This document shows, in pieces, positions 36,739 through 45,610 of a stretch of DNA of 61,430 bases (the first letter of the stretch is position 1; each line of letters starts with the position of its first letter). The translations under genes and the position numbers were made by a program. The notes under the pieces were generated by a model. It ran no database searches. It was not told the DNA's origin and saw nothing but the letters and a program-made list of their open reading frames with translations. Source of the DNA: a candidate division WWE3 bacterium (lineage in GTDB: Bacteria > Patescibacteriota > WWE3 > UBA101185 > UBA10185); contig QZJF01000017.1 of NCBI GenBank assembly GCA_003599255.1, positions 179,278 through 240,707 of the forward strand, written 5' to 3'.

Positions 36739-37876
36739 ACAAGGAAAAAATAAGCTGGAAGCAGCTAATTCACAAGAGTCGGAATTTATTAAAGGTATTG
36801 AATCAAGGCTCGACGAATTGCAGGAAGAGCTTGGTGAGAAGTCCGCCAAAGTTGTTAAGACTCTTCTCACGGCCGCTGCTGCAGGGTCAATTTTTCTCGG
36901 TGCATGTCAGTCAGAAAGTCCCCGTGTTATTGAATTACCTAACATGCCGCAGGAAGTTGCTTCCGAGTCACTTCCAAATACCTATGATGAGGTAACCTCC
37001 CCATGGGAAGGCTCTTCCATGTACAGGACTTACGAAGATAGTTTGGGTGGCAATGAGTACCAGAAGTTTATTGGTAATTCCGAGAAGATGGTCGAAGCAT
37101 GGACCGTTGAGGGCAGTATATACGCCCCTTGGTACCGCTTACAAAATTTAAAATCGATCGAGAGTGCACCTTCTAGTTTAAAACCCAGATGGGATGAAGG
37201 AGAAACATTACTAACCTTAAGGCTGAAAGTTGAGACCATAAAGGAAGAGATTGGTTTTGAAAACACCGCGATAATTATTGATGCGTTTGGTCCTCACAGC
37301 GCCGCAGCCGCGTTGAAGCTGGTTACCGAAGGCGGATGGCAGCCGGTTCCCATGAATCAGGAAGTTCCTTGCGTGGGCTGTCAAAATCCAATCGGTGGCG
37401 AGACACTCGGTGTTTATTTGTACGGAGCTGCGGAGGTGGGAAAGCACACTAAAGAGTTAGCACCCGACGCGCCGCCCGCCTTTATCTGGAGTGCCTCGAG
37501 GAAAGGTTTGTATTCCCAAATGGATCAAGAGGGTAAGAATGCGTACAGTTTTTCACCGGAGGACCTGCCATCTCCGGATTTTCTTAAAGAGCATGGTATA
37601 GACTCGATACTTTATCTCACCGAGACACCGGAATATGATAACGAAGATACAATGATGATACTGGATTTTTATGAAAAAGCCGGTATTAAAATTGAAGAAA
37701 TGGAGTTAGACCCGGTCCCATTCGACCCCTATTTTACTGAGAAAATAGAAAGTCTCGGACAGCAGTATATGGAAAAGAAAAAGGATACTCGCGAGTGGAA
37801 TATCAGGCAGTCCGAACGCCGTGATGCACAGAGGCAGCAGTCCGAACTTCTGGAACAGCAAAAGCCCGGCGAGTAG
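36728..37876 (+). CDS. Hypothetical protein with one internal hydrophobic, lipobox-like segment (LGAC)
   Basis: 382 aa. Residues ~45-60 read LLTAAAAGSIFLGACQ. The C-terminus is charged and coiled. Confidence 0.5.
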   Translation: MSNKQGKNKLEAANSQESEFIKGIESRLDELQEELGEKSAKVVKTLLTAAAAGSIFLGACQSESPRVIELPNMPQEVASESLPNTYDEVTSPWEGSSMYRTYEDSLGGNEYQKFIGNSEKMVEAWTVEGSIYAPWYRLQNLKSIESAPSSLKPRWDEGETLLTLRLKVETIKEEIGFENTAIIIDAFGPHSAAAALKLVTEGGWQPVPMNQEVPCVGCQNPIGGETLGVYLYGAAEVGKHTKELAPDAPPAFIWSASRKGLYSQMDQEGKNAYSFSPEDLPSPDFLKEHGIDSILYLTETPEYDNEDTMMILDFYEKAGIKIEEMELDPVPFDPYFTEKIESLGQQYMEKKKDTREWNIRQSERRDAQRQQSELLEQQKPGE

Positions 37877-37887
37877 TTGATAAACCC

Positions 37888-38769
37888 ATGATGAAAATCA
37901 AAGAAATAGAGATAAACCTATCAGAGGGAAAGCCGGTTGATAAGTTACTTCCACTTATTAGCAATCAATTACCCCAAGTAGCAGAACATCAAATATTTGT
38001 CGATGCTTTCTCGGATATGTTTTTCAGCCAGAGACCATTGGACATGCTGTACAAGTTTTGGATACAAAGCGGGTACTTTGAGGAATTGCTAAGTTGTCTG
38101 GATATCTTAGTAAAAGTTGAGGTTGAAGAGGTATCTGAATTTACCCAAATACAGAAATATGTGATTGAAAGGGGACAGGAACTGACCGATATTTACAATC
38201 GGATTATCGGTTACATTGATAAAAACGGAAAGTCATATCTTGAAATAGCACCAATATATTTCTCTATAGAAGAATTCTACGCACGACTGAAATTTGATTT
38301 TCAGATGGCGGCCCTAGCGGAAGTTATAAAGGAACCTATTCTGTCAAAGGTTCTTACTATTCATACAATAAGACAAAGAATTGCTCAACATGCCCTTGAT
38401 GAAATACTTAGCTTACTTGAATTGGATTACCTTTCCTACGATGAGTCTCAAGAGAAAAGGAAACTTATCAAAACTACAATTGATAACTACTCTTCCGAAA
38501 AGGCGGAGCTGTTTAAAGCAATTGAGAAAGACGAAACTTTATGGAATACAAATTCAGATGGAAAGGGAGATAAACAGGCAAGAATTACCAAACTCACAAA
38601 TCTATTAGATTTTTACAAACTGTCAGAGGCATCTCATAATTTGTCTGCTATTTTTAATGAAGCATCCGGGGACGAAAAACGGGTGCTTAGTTCTGTAGAG
38701 ATATTGGTAAGGCAAGAGCAGGTGCGAAGTACTTTTGATTTTAAACGTTTTATGAGTGCTGTAAATTAG
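37888..38769 (+). CDS. Hypothetical all-helical protein
   Basis: 293 aa, the last gene of the 35267-38769 co-directional cluster. Confidence 0.5.
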   Translation: MMKIKEIEINLSEGKPVDKLLPLISNQLPQVAEHQIFVDAFSDMFFSQRPLDMLYKFWIQSGYFEELLSCLDILVKVEVEEVSEFTQIQKYVIERGQELTDIYNRIIGYIDKNGKSYLEIAPIYFSIEEFYARLKFDFQMAALAEVIKEPILSKVLTIHTIRQRIAQHALDEILSLLELDYLSYDESQEKRKLIKTTIDNYSSEKAELFKAIEKDETLWNTNSDGKGDKQARITKLTNLLDFYKLSEASHNLSAIFNEASGDEKRVLSSVEILVRQEQVRSTFDFKRFMSAVN

Positions 38770-38784
38770 CAGAACAATTCATAT

Positions 38785-38812
38785 TTGACATTAGAACCCC
38801 TTGGAGTATTAT
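38785..38812 (+). promoter_or_regulatory. Sigma70-like promoter candidate for the DUF5320/DUF134 pair
   Basis: TTGACA (38785-38790), a 16-nt spacer, then TATTAT (38807-38812). Confidence 0.45.
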
Positions 38813-38829
38813 GAATATGTATTCATAAT
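38808..38829. promoter_or_regulatory. Perfect 9-bp inverted repeat overlapping the -10 (candidate operator)
   Basis: ATTATGAAT (38808-38816), ATGT, ATTCATAAT (38821-38829). Confidence 0.45.
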
Positions 38830-38859
38830 TATTTACACATAAATTGGAGGTGACATATA

Positions 38860-39021
38860 ATGCCTTATAGAGATGGTACGGGTCCGGATGGAAAAGGTCC
38901 CAAAACAGGAAGAGGGTTAGGACCCTGTGGAGGAGGTAGTGGGCAGGGACAAGGACAAAACCGAGGGAGAGGCCTCAGAAGAAGATCGCGAATTCAGCCG
39001 GATTCGGATAATAAAAATTAA
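38860..39021 (+). CDS. DUF5320-family Gly-rich small protein (53 aa, below the ORF-track cutoff)
   Basis: My translation is MPYRDGTGPDGKGPKTGRGLGPCGGGSGQGQGQNRGRGLRRRSRIQPDSDNKN*. GGAGG lies 9 nt upstream. The N-terminal MPxxDGTGPxGxGPxTGRG pattern is typical of DUF5320. Confidence 0.65.
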   Translation: MPYRDGTGPDGKGPKTGRGLGPCGGGSGQGQGQNRGRGLRRRSRIQPDSDNKN

Positions 39022-39035
39022 GCAATATTTATAAG

Positions 39036-39335
39036 ATGCCTAGACCAAAATTAAGAAGACATCTGAGATTCAATCCGGAAGTGATTTTTTTCAAGCCGCG
39101 CGGTGTGCCTTTAAGAAACCTTGAGGTTGTGGAATTGTTTCCAGATGAAATTGAAGCAATAAAATTGTATTTTGTGGACGATTTGGACCAAACAAAATCT
39201 GCTGAGATGATGAAGATATCCCAGCCTACATTTGCCAGAATTGTCAATTCTGCGATGAAGAAGTTATCAATGGCAATAGTTGAGGGCAAAGCAATACAAA
39301 TATCACATAAAGACGATGCATTTAAGGGGCAATAA
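39036..39335 (+). CDS. DUF134 (UPF0251) predicted DNA-binding protein
   Basis: MPRPKLRR...FKPRGVPLRNLE...DEIEAIKL...SQPTFARIVNSAMKKLSMAIVEGKAIQI matches the DUF134 consensus along its whole length. Confidence 0.8.
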   Translation: MPRPKLRRHLRFNPEVIFFKPRGVPLRNLEVVELFPDEIEAIKLYFVDDLDQTKSAEMMKISQPTFARIVNSAMKKLSMAIVEGKAIQISHKDDAFKGQ

Positions 39336-40566
39336 ATGTTAAAGCAACGCCTGCCTTGTTGGCCCGACCGGTTCTTCCAATTCTATGAATATAATCGTCG
39401 TAAGTTTTTGGTAGATCGTAGTTGATGACATGGGTTACACCGTTTATATCTAACCCCCTGGCCGCAACATCTGTCGCAAGTAAGATGTTCACTTCGTCTT
39501 TTTTGAACTTTTCTAAAATAGTATGTCTTTGGCTCTGCTTTTTATTCCCATGGATAGCATCAGCTTTAAAACCGCGTTTCACAAGCTCGTTGGAAAGTTT
39601 TTGAACGCCCCATTTAGTGTTTCCAAATACTATGACTTTTGAAAACTCTTTGCGAACTAAAAGAGAGTGCAGTTGGTCTATTTTCAACTGCTTGCCTGTA
39701 ATCTTAATGTAGTCTTGGTAAATATTCTCTACAGTATCCCGTTTTTTAACACTTACGGTTACTGCGTTTTGAACAAATGAATTTATAATCTCGGTAACTT
39801 TTTCTGATACTGTGGCTGAAAAGAATAATGATTGTCTCTCTTTCGGTAATAAAGAAATAAAGTATTTTATCTCTTTTATAAATCCTATATCGACCATTCT
39901 ATCTGTTTCATCTAAAACCACGTTGTTAATATCATCAAAAGTTAATATATGCTTTTCCATCATATCTTTTATTCTGCCTGGGGTACCTATAACAAAGTTT
40001 GGTTGTCTTTTTAACTCTCTGATTTGACGTGAGTAACCCTGGCCGCCGATAAGTATCGCTGAATAAATGCTCAGATTTTTTGATAAATCTTTAAATTCGT
40101 TATTAATTTGTTCCGCTAACTCCCTTGTAGGTGCAACGATTAATACCTTTTGTTTTCTATCTTTTGACACCTTTTCAATAAGCGGTACCAAAAAAGCGGC
40201 TGTTTTACCTGTACCAGTATTAGCTATGCCGATAATATCTCTTCCTGCCAGTATGCTAGGAATGGCCTGATCTTGAATAGGAGTTGGTGTTGTATAGCCC
40301 TTGTTTGATATATTTTTCTTTAGTTGATAATTGATTTGAAAATCTTCAAATGAGTGAATAGCTTCGTACTCTACAGCCTGTACTTGTCTTATTTTACTTT
40401 GCTTTGAATACTCTATAGATCTGATCAAGTCAGATTCTGAAATAGTGCTTTGCGCATTCTTCTTTTTTGTTTTAGGGAATCTTGATCTGTCGTGGACGGA
40501 CCCCCTATTTCTATATTTAGTTCTCATATGTTTAAACAAAGGTCTCATGGCACAAAATATTTGCAC
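39322..40566 (-). CDS. DEAD-box ATP-dependent RNA helicase (motif II reads DETD)
   Basis: Q-motif TPTPIQ, motif I ANTGTGKTAAF, PTRELA, motif II VLDETD, SAT, and HRIGRTGRA. The start is uncertain, with in-frame Mets at codons 7 and 14. Confidence 0.85.
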   Translation of the reverse strand: MQIFCAMRPLFKHMRTKYRNRGSVHDRSRFPKTKKKNAQSTISESDLIRSIEYSKQSKIRQVQAVEYEAIHSFEDFQINYQLKKNISNKGYTTPTPIQDQAIPSILAGRDIIGIANTGTGKTAAFLVPLIEKVSKDRKQKVLIVAPTRELAEQINNEFKDLSKNLSIYSAILIGGQGYSRQIRELKRQPNFVIGTPGRIKDMMEKHILTFDDINNVVLDETDRMVDIGFIKEIKYFISLLPKERQSLFFSATVSEKVTEIINSFVQNAVTVSVKKRDTVENIYQDYIKITGKQLKIDQLHSLLVRKEFSKVIVFGNTKWGVQKLSNELVKRGFKADAIHGNKKQSQRHTILEKFKKDEVNILLATDVAARGLDINGVTHVINYDLPKTYDDYIHRIGRTGRANKAGVALTFIAP

Positions 40567-40800
40567 CTAATGTGTGAAGCCAATATTTAAAGTATGAGTA
40601 GGGAAAAAGATCCGTAATGTATGTTTCGGTTATCTTAATCTATGCTAAACGTACAAAAAAGTAGCTTCAAGTTTTGAATTTACGTACAATGATACATTGC
40701 CGAAATTCATATTTCCTTTGACGAAGAAGTATAGCAGGTGTCGCTATAAAATACAACATGCTATGGGGCTGTCGGGTTAGGAAATAATCAAATATCCCTG

Positions 40801-40806
40801 TATAAT
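40801..40806 (+). promoter_or_regulatory. Consensus -10 hexamer only 10 nt upstream of the typA ATG
   Basis: TATAAT at 40801-40806. No Shine-Dalgarno is visible before ATG 40817, so the leader may be very short or absent. The -35 is weak. Confidence 0.3.
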
Positions 40807-40816
40807 CACATTTTGT

Positions 40817-42658
40817 ATGAATATTCGAAATGTAGCTATAATCGCACACGTTGACCACGGTAAGACCACTTTAGTTGATGGTCTGCTGAAACAGTCCAAA
40901 ACATTCAGAGAAAATGAAGCTATGATGTCACAGGATCTTATAATGGACTCTAACGACCAGGAGCGGGAAAGAGGCATAACTATTTTGGCTAAAAACACTG
41001 CTGTTACCTATAAAGATACGAAAATCAATATTATAGATACACCCGGGCACGCCGACTTCGGAGGTGAGGTCGAACGAACTTTAAATATGGCGGATGGCGC
41101 TTTACTTTTGGTCGATGCACAGGAGGGGCCAATGCCTCAAACAAAATTTGTGCTCAAAAAAGCATTACAACTCGGTTTAAAAATTATTGTAGTTATAAAT
41201 AAAATAGATAAGAAGGATGCGCGAATCAAAGACACTCTACACAGAATCTATGACTTATTTTTAGAACTAGCCACCGACGACTCTCAATTAGATATTGCTG
41301 TTTTGTACGCAGTTGGCCGCCAGGGTAGCTCGTGGAGTGAGTTAGCAGATTATATCTCCCATGCTGCGAACTCAAATTCCAATAAACCAACGCCTGATTT
41401 AACCGCAATTTTTGAAGCAATCTTGAAATATATTCCCGAACCAAAAACAAATACAGAGGGTCCGTTTCAAATGCTTGTTTCTTCTTTAGATTGGGATAGC
41501 TACAGAGGTAAATATGCAATTGGCAGAATAACTCAAGGGCAGGTAAAACCCGGAGATACGGTCGTAATTTTGAAAACCGATAACAGTAGCACAAATGCAA
41601 TAGTGGAAAAGGTTTTTGTAAATGAAGGATTAAAAAAAGTTGAAAGTGATAATGTTACTGCCGGTGATATTGTCGCCTTAACCGGTTTAAAAGACGCAGG
41701 AATCGGAGATACTATAGCAGATCCGAAAAATCCGGAAGCACTGTCAACTATAGTGATTGATGAACCGACCTTAAGTATATCTATTGGGCCAAATACATCA
41801 CCCTTTATGGGAAAAGAGGGAAAGTTTTTTACATCCCGTCAAATATTGGAAAGAATCGAGCGTGAACTCCAAACTAACATAGCCATGAGATTCAAGATTA
41901 CGGAAGATGGCCAATATATTTTGTCGGGTAGAGGCGAGCTTCATTTATCCGTGTTTCTGGAAACTTTGCGAAGAGAAGGTTTTGAATTAAGTGTAAGTAA
42001 ACCTGAAGTTATTACGAAAACAATTGACGGAATCGTGATGGAACCATTTGAGGAACTTACAATTGATACCGAAAATGATTACATCGGAAATATTAAAAGT
42101 GAACTTGGCAGACGCAGAGGAATATTAATTTCCCAAGAAGAATTAACCATAAATTCCTCGCGTTTAGTATTCGAAATTAGTACACGGGGTATTATTGGAC
42201 TGCGCGGGGTGTTGATGAGCATTTCCAAAGGCACGGCTACCATTAACTCAAACTTTTTACGTTATGAAAAGTATAGCGGAGCACTGCAAAAATTACGTAA
42301 AGGTGTTTTAGTGGCTTCAGAAACAGGCAAAACCGCGCCGCTTGGATTAACTACAGCGCAATCAAAAGGAGATGTATTTGTCGGTCCGCAAACCCCTGTT
42401 TATGCAGGGCAGATTGTAGGAACAAACGGTAGGGATGCCGATATGGAGATAAATGTCTGCAAAGAAAAACAACTTTCTAATGTTAGATCTGTTGGTGAAG
42501 AGGCTTATACGCTCACTCCTCCCGTGGTAATGAGTTTAGAGCAGTGTCTGGGCTTTTTAGAAGAAGACGAGTTACTGGAAGTTACTCCGCTAAATCTGAG
42601 ATTACGCAAAAAGATTTTGGATCATAATAAAAGATACCGCGAGCAAAAGAATTCGTAA
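40817..42658 (+). CDS. typA: Translational GTPase TypA/BipA
   Basis: [37 protein letters not shown], 613 aa with the EF-G-like domain order. Confidence 0.95.
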   Translation: MNIRNVAIIAHVDHGKTTLVDGLLKQSKTFRENEAMMSQDLIMDSNDQERERGITILAKNTAVTYKDTKINIIDTPGHADFGGEVERTLNMADGALLLVDAQEGPMPQTKFVLKKALQLGLKIIVVINKIDKKDARIKDTLHRIYDLFLELATDDSQLDIAVLYAVGRQGSSWSELADYISHAANSNSNKPTPDLTAIFEAILKYIPEPKTNTEGPFQMLVSSLDWDSYRGKYAIGRITQGQVKPGDTVVILKTDNSSTNAIVEKVFVNEGLKKVESDNVTAGDIVALTGLKDAGIGDTIADPKNPEALSTIVIDEPTLSISIGPNTSPFMGKEGKFFTSRQILERIERELQTNIAMRFKITEDGQYILSGRGELHLSVFLETLRREGFELSVSKPEVITKTIDGIVMEPFEELTIDTENDYIGNIKSELGRRRGILISQEELTINSSRLVFEISTRGIIGLRGVLMSISKGTATINSNFLRYEKYSGALQKLRKGVLVASETGKTAPLGLTTAQSKGDVFVGPQTPVYAGQIVGTNGRDADMEINVCKEKQLSNVRSVGEEAYTLTPPVVMSLEQCLGFLEEDELLEVTPLNLRLRKKILDHNKRYREQKNS

Positions 42659-42706
42659 TGGTCGAGCAGTACGGTCATGGAATATTATACTCTCCAGGCT
42701 ATAAAT

Positions 42707-42724
42707 GAAGCAGCGCTTCTTTTC
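42707..42724 (+). terminator. Weak hairpin terminator candidate after typA
   Basis: GAAGC-AGC-GCTTC followed by TTTT. The stem is only 5 bp. Confidence 0.3.
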
Positions 42725-42878
42725 TCACTTCGCTCGAAAATGAGACAAATGAGACAGTATAAAAAGGAATTTTCTGCTTAGCGTTAATACTTATCTTATA
42801 GTTTCCTGAATTGCGTAATTGCAGCAAATTGGCTATTATCTGGCTAACAGTTTTATCGAAATAATCACATGAAAGGAG

Positions 42879-44276
42879 ATGAAAATGTCTTACCGGCTTA
42901 AGGACGGTGTGTATTTGGTGGAGGGGGCAACAAGAGGTGCAATTCTTGATACAAATTCCGGTCTTGTCTATTCCGTTAACGGAACGGCATGTCAGATTGT
43001 CAATTATCGTATCGGAAACGATGCATATTGGGAACAGTTGGTAAAAATGGATATCGCTGAAATATCTGATTCTACCTACAGTCCTACAATTCAACCCTTG
43101 AAAGACACCGAAAGATTGAAATTCGTTTGGTTTGAAGTCGTAACAGATGACTGCAACGAGCGTTGCGCACACTGTTATGCTGGGTCTATGCCAAGAACCT
43201 ATCGCAGAGAGATGGGTATTGTAGAGGCAGCTGTACCAGTAATCAACACAGTACCCGGTCTCAGGAAGATGACACATTCAGACTGGCTCCGACTCATGAG
43301 ACAATCATATGATTTGGGTTGTCGAGCAGGTCAGCTTATTGGAGGTGAACCTTTTTTATATAAAGGTGAAAACGGCGAGTCACTTCTGGATTTGGCGCAA
43401 TACCTGGTTGAGTTGGGATACACACGTGTTGAGATCTTCACCAACGGTACCTTGCTAACACAGGAAAAAATCACTCGGATAAAAGAGTTGGGGTTGCACG
43501 TTGCAATTTCACTGTATTCAAGCGATCCCCTTGTCCACGATTTGGTAACGAGAACACCGGGAAGTCATGCTAAAACCATGCGAGCTATACAGTGGCTCAA
43601 GGAAGCAAATGTGCCGTTGCGAGTGGAGACGGTGTTGATGAAGGTGAATCAAGCAACAATAACGCAGACAATTGAGCTTAAAGACACGCTTGATGTTGCT
43701 GGTCGACATCCAGATCCCCTGCGTCCCAAAGGTCGTGGAGATAATCCACTTCTACAACCCGACTTCGAACACTTGGTTCGTTATGGCTTAATGCTGAGAC
43801 CAAATTTTACTGCGGAGACTGAGACGGTTCCTCATTACTATACAGGACACTCTTGCCTTTTAGGCAAGATTACTGTAACCGAGTTTGGGGACGTTCTACC
43901 CTGCATATTCTCGCGAGATAATATTGTGGGAAACGTACTCGTGGCCCCAAGTTTAGAAGCCGTTCTAAGAGGGCCGGTTCTTAAGAGGATTTGGTATGCA
44001 ACCAAAGATGGGGTTATGGTTTGTCGTGATTGCGAATATAGATACGTATGTTTCGATTGCAGACCACTATCGGAAGGTGCTTCCGCGGGTAAGGCAGGAT
44101 ACTTAGATGCTCCCTACCCAAGATGTACCTACAATCCTTACACAGGCGAATGGGGGCAAGGTTTATGGAAAGTGGATGAGCTGGGAAACCCATTCTATGA
44201 TCGGACTTTAGCAGCCGAAATTCAAGAAGTTGCATCTAGTATGTCCGAGTCGGCAAATGCTCCAGTTGCTCATTAA
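42879..44276 (+). CDS. Radical SAM / SPASM-domain peptide-modifying enzyme
   Basis: CNERCAHC (CX3CX2C) at residues ~92-99, then a C-terminal SPASM pattern: C-x10-G-x4-C (CLLGKITVTEFGDVLPC), then CRDCEYRYVCFDC and a later Cys. A ~90-aa N-terminal extension precedes the cluster. The second ATG (42885) has better spacing to GGAG. Confidence 0.85.
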   Translation: MKMSYRLKDGVYLVEGATRGAILDTNSGLVYSVNGTACQIVNYRIGNDAYWEQLVKMDIAEISDSTYSPTIQPLKDTERLKFVWFEVVTDDCNERCAHCYAGSMPRTYRREMGIVEAAVPVINTVPGLRKMTHSDWLRLMRQSYDLGCRAGQLIGGEPFLYKGENGESLLDLAQYLVELGYTRVEIFTNGTLLTQEKITRIKELGLHVAISLYSSDPLVHDLVTRTPGSHAKTMRAIQWLKEANVPLRVETVLMKVNQATITQTIELKDTLDVAGRHPDPLRPKGRGDNPLLQPDFEHLVRYGLMLRPNFTAETETVPHYYTGHSCLLGKITVTEFGDVLPCIFSRDNIVGNVLVAPSLEAVLRGPVLKRIWYATKDGVMVCRDCEYRYVCFDCRPLSEGASAGKAGYLDAPYPRCTYNPYTGEWGQGLWKVDELGNPFYDRTLAAEIQEVASSMSESANAPVAH

Positions 44277-44313
44277 CAAACTACTACGCTAGAAAAGAAA
44301 GGAGGTGAGACAC

Positions 44314-44466
44314 ATGAATACGCAGCAAAACGTAGTTGTAGAAGAACCAACAATCGAATTGGTTACAGTTGTTGTGGGCGATGACTCGACACATTCGTGT
44401 AAACCAACGTGCCGTCCGATTTGTTCGCCAAGTGACCCTTGCGCACCTTGTAAACCTGACAAGTAA
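44314..44466 (+). CDS. Candidate RiPP precursor peptide (50 aa, 5 Cys; below the ORF-track cutoff)
   Basis: My translation is MNTQQNVVVEEPTIELVTVVVGDDSTHSCKPTCRPICSPSDPCAPCKPDK*. AAAGGAGGTGA lies 5 nt upstream of the ATG. The gene starts 37 nt after the rSAM stop and ends at a strong terminator. Confidence 0.6.
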   Translation: MNTQQNVVVEEPTIELVTVVVGDDSTHSCKPTCRPICSPSDPCAPCKPDK

Positions 44467-44481
44467 GTAAGTGCCTACAAA

Positions 44482-44525
44482 CTAGTGTGTTTGCATTGTT
44501 TCAAGATTTTATGCAAACACACTAG
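44482..44525. terminator. Bidirectional hairpin terminator between convergent genes
   Basis: A 15-bp perfect stem, CTAGTGTGTTTGCAT (44482-44496) with ATGCAAACACACTAG (44511-44525), a 14-nt loop, and T-rich sequence after the stem. The right arm includes the stop of the minus-strand gene. Confidence 0.75.
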
Positions 44526-45313
44526 GCCTTTTTATCAAGAATAAAGTCTACCCATTTGTCTCCTAGTTTTTCCATTAGTATCTTTCCGATTACGTAAGCG
44601 CCCACATGGGATTCATCTAAAACAGATTCCTCGTTTTTTAGTTTGTCGCTGGTTTCCTGATTCAAGTACCTATCAATAGTTTCCAGGCCTGTAGAATCCA
44701 GTTGCTTTTTATACTCTGGCCAAAAATATTTTGCGGCCGAGTATTCAGTGCAAAAAGCAAATGTTTCTGATTCAATTAAATGCCGGGGTAACCTGATTTC
44801 AAAATTTTCTAAATTTGTCTCCTTTCCATTATATAAATCTTTTGCAATGTTCATTAACTTTACGTTGTAATCGTAGTTTGAGAACCAGCTATTTTTTATA
44901 TTCTCATAATAGACATGACCAAATTCGTGGATAATCGTAGCCCCATAACTTTCGGTAGTTGTGTATATGCTCTTGTTTTCCCGTTGTTGATGTGATTTTA
45001 TGAAAATGGATTGTACAGGTCCAGAAATATAATTTATGTCATTAGATAATTCCCGTCTAATTTCGGGAATAGAAATGGATGCACGCCAACCAAGTTTATC
45101 TGTCCTTGATAATTGCACACCGTGCGCAAATTTTTTAAATGTGCCATTTTGTTGTATAACGTAAGCAAACTTGGAATCGTATGTCACTAGTTCAGTGTTG
45201 TCTAATAACCTGCGATTCTTAAAAATAAAGTCTAGCTCACTTCTTTTTAAAAAAGTTAAAACTTGTTTAATAACCTCAACATCTTGTTCTGTTGCTATGT
45301 AACTTTCGTTCAT
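44522..45313 (-). CDS. Putative zinc metalloprotease (HExxH)
   Basis: 263 aa with a single IIHEFGHVYYE motif. No signal peptide and no further family assignment. Confidence 0.45.
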   Translation of the reverse strand: MNESYIATEQDVEVIKQVLTFLKRSELDFIFKNRRLLDNTELVTYDSKFAYVIQQNGTFKKFAHGVQLSRTDKLGWRASISIPEIRRELSNDINYISGPVQSIFIKSHQQRENKSIYTTTESYGATIIHEFGHVYYENIKNSWFSNYDYNVKLMNIAKDLYNGKETNLENFEIRLPRHLIESETFAFCTEYSAAKYFWPEYKKQLDSTGLETIDRYLNQETSDKLKNEESVLDESHVGAYVIGKILMEKLGDKWVDFILDKKA

Positions 45314-45452
45314 AACACACGTATATTAACACTGCTGCAGTAATACTGCTAGCCTATGTACCGCCCTGATAAAATATGAATGTTTTCTCGTTTATTGATC
45401 GTAATAGCAAGTAAAAACACATTTATCCTGTAAAAGCTTTCACCAGGGTATA

Positions 45453-45529
45453 TGGTCGGGGTGACAGGACTCGAACCTGCGACCTCTCGCACCCCATGCG
45501 AACGCGCTAGCCAACTGCGCTACACCCCG
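45453..45529 (-). tRNA. tRNA-Pro (anticodon GGG), CCA encoded
   Basis: Hand-folded cloverleaf of 77 nt. Acceptor CGGGGTG/CACCCCG, D arm GCGC-AGTTGGCTA-GCGC, anticodon arm TTCGC-ATGGGGT-GCGAG, T arm GCAGG-TTCGAGT-CCTGT, discriminator A, then CCA. Confidence 0.9.
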
Positions 45530-45610
45530 ACGATAGGAGGGGTGAAGATTCATCTCACACCCCGCGTTAAACCAATACATTCTACCACTTTTTTTGAATT
45601 AGACGGATAA

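Noticed and set aside
42658-42675. TGGTCGAGCAGTACGGTC just after typA as a possible att-type direct repeat of the tRNA-Pro 3' end (TGGTCGGGGTGACAGGAC)
   Set aside because: Only 11 of 18 positions match. Apart from the first six bases the matches are scattered, and no integrase is present. The evidence for an integration scar is too weak.
42699-43277. 192-aa minus-strand ORF overlapping the 5' part of the radical SAM gene
   Set aside because: The plus-strand frame carries clear CX3CX2C and SPASM motifs and an RBS. The antisense product is Cys- and aromatic-rich with no motif, so it is most likely spurious.
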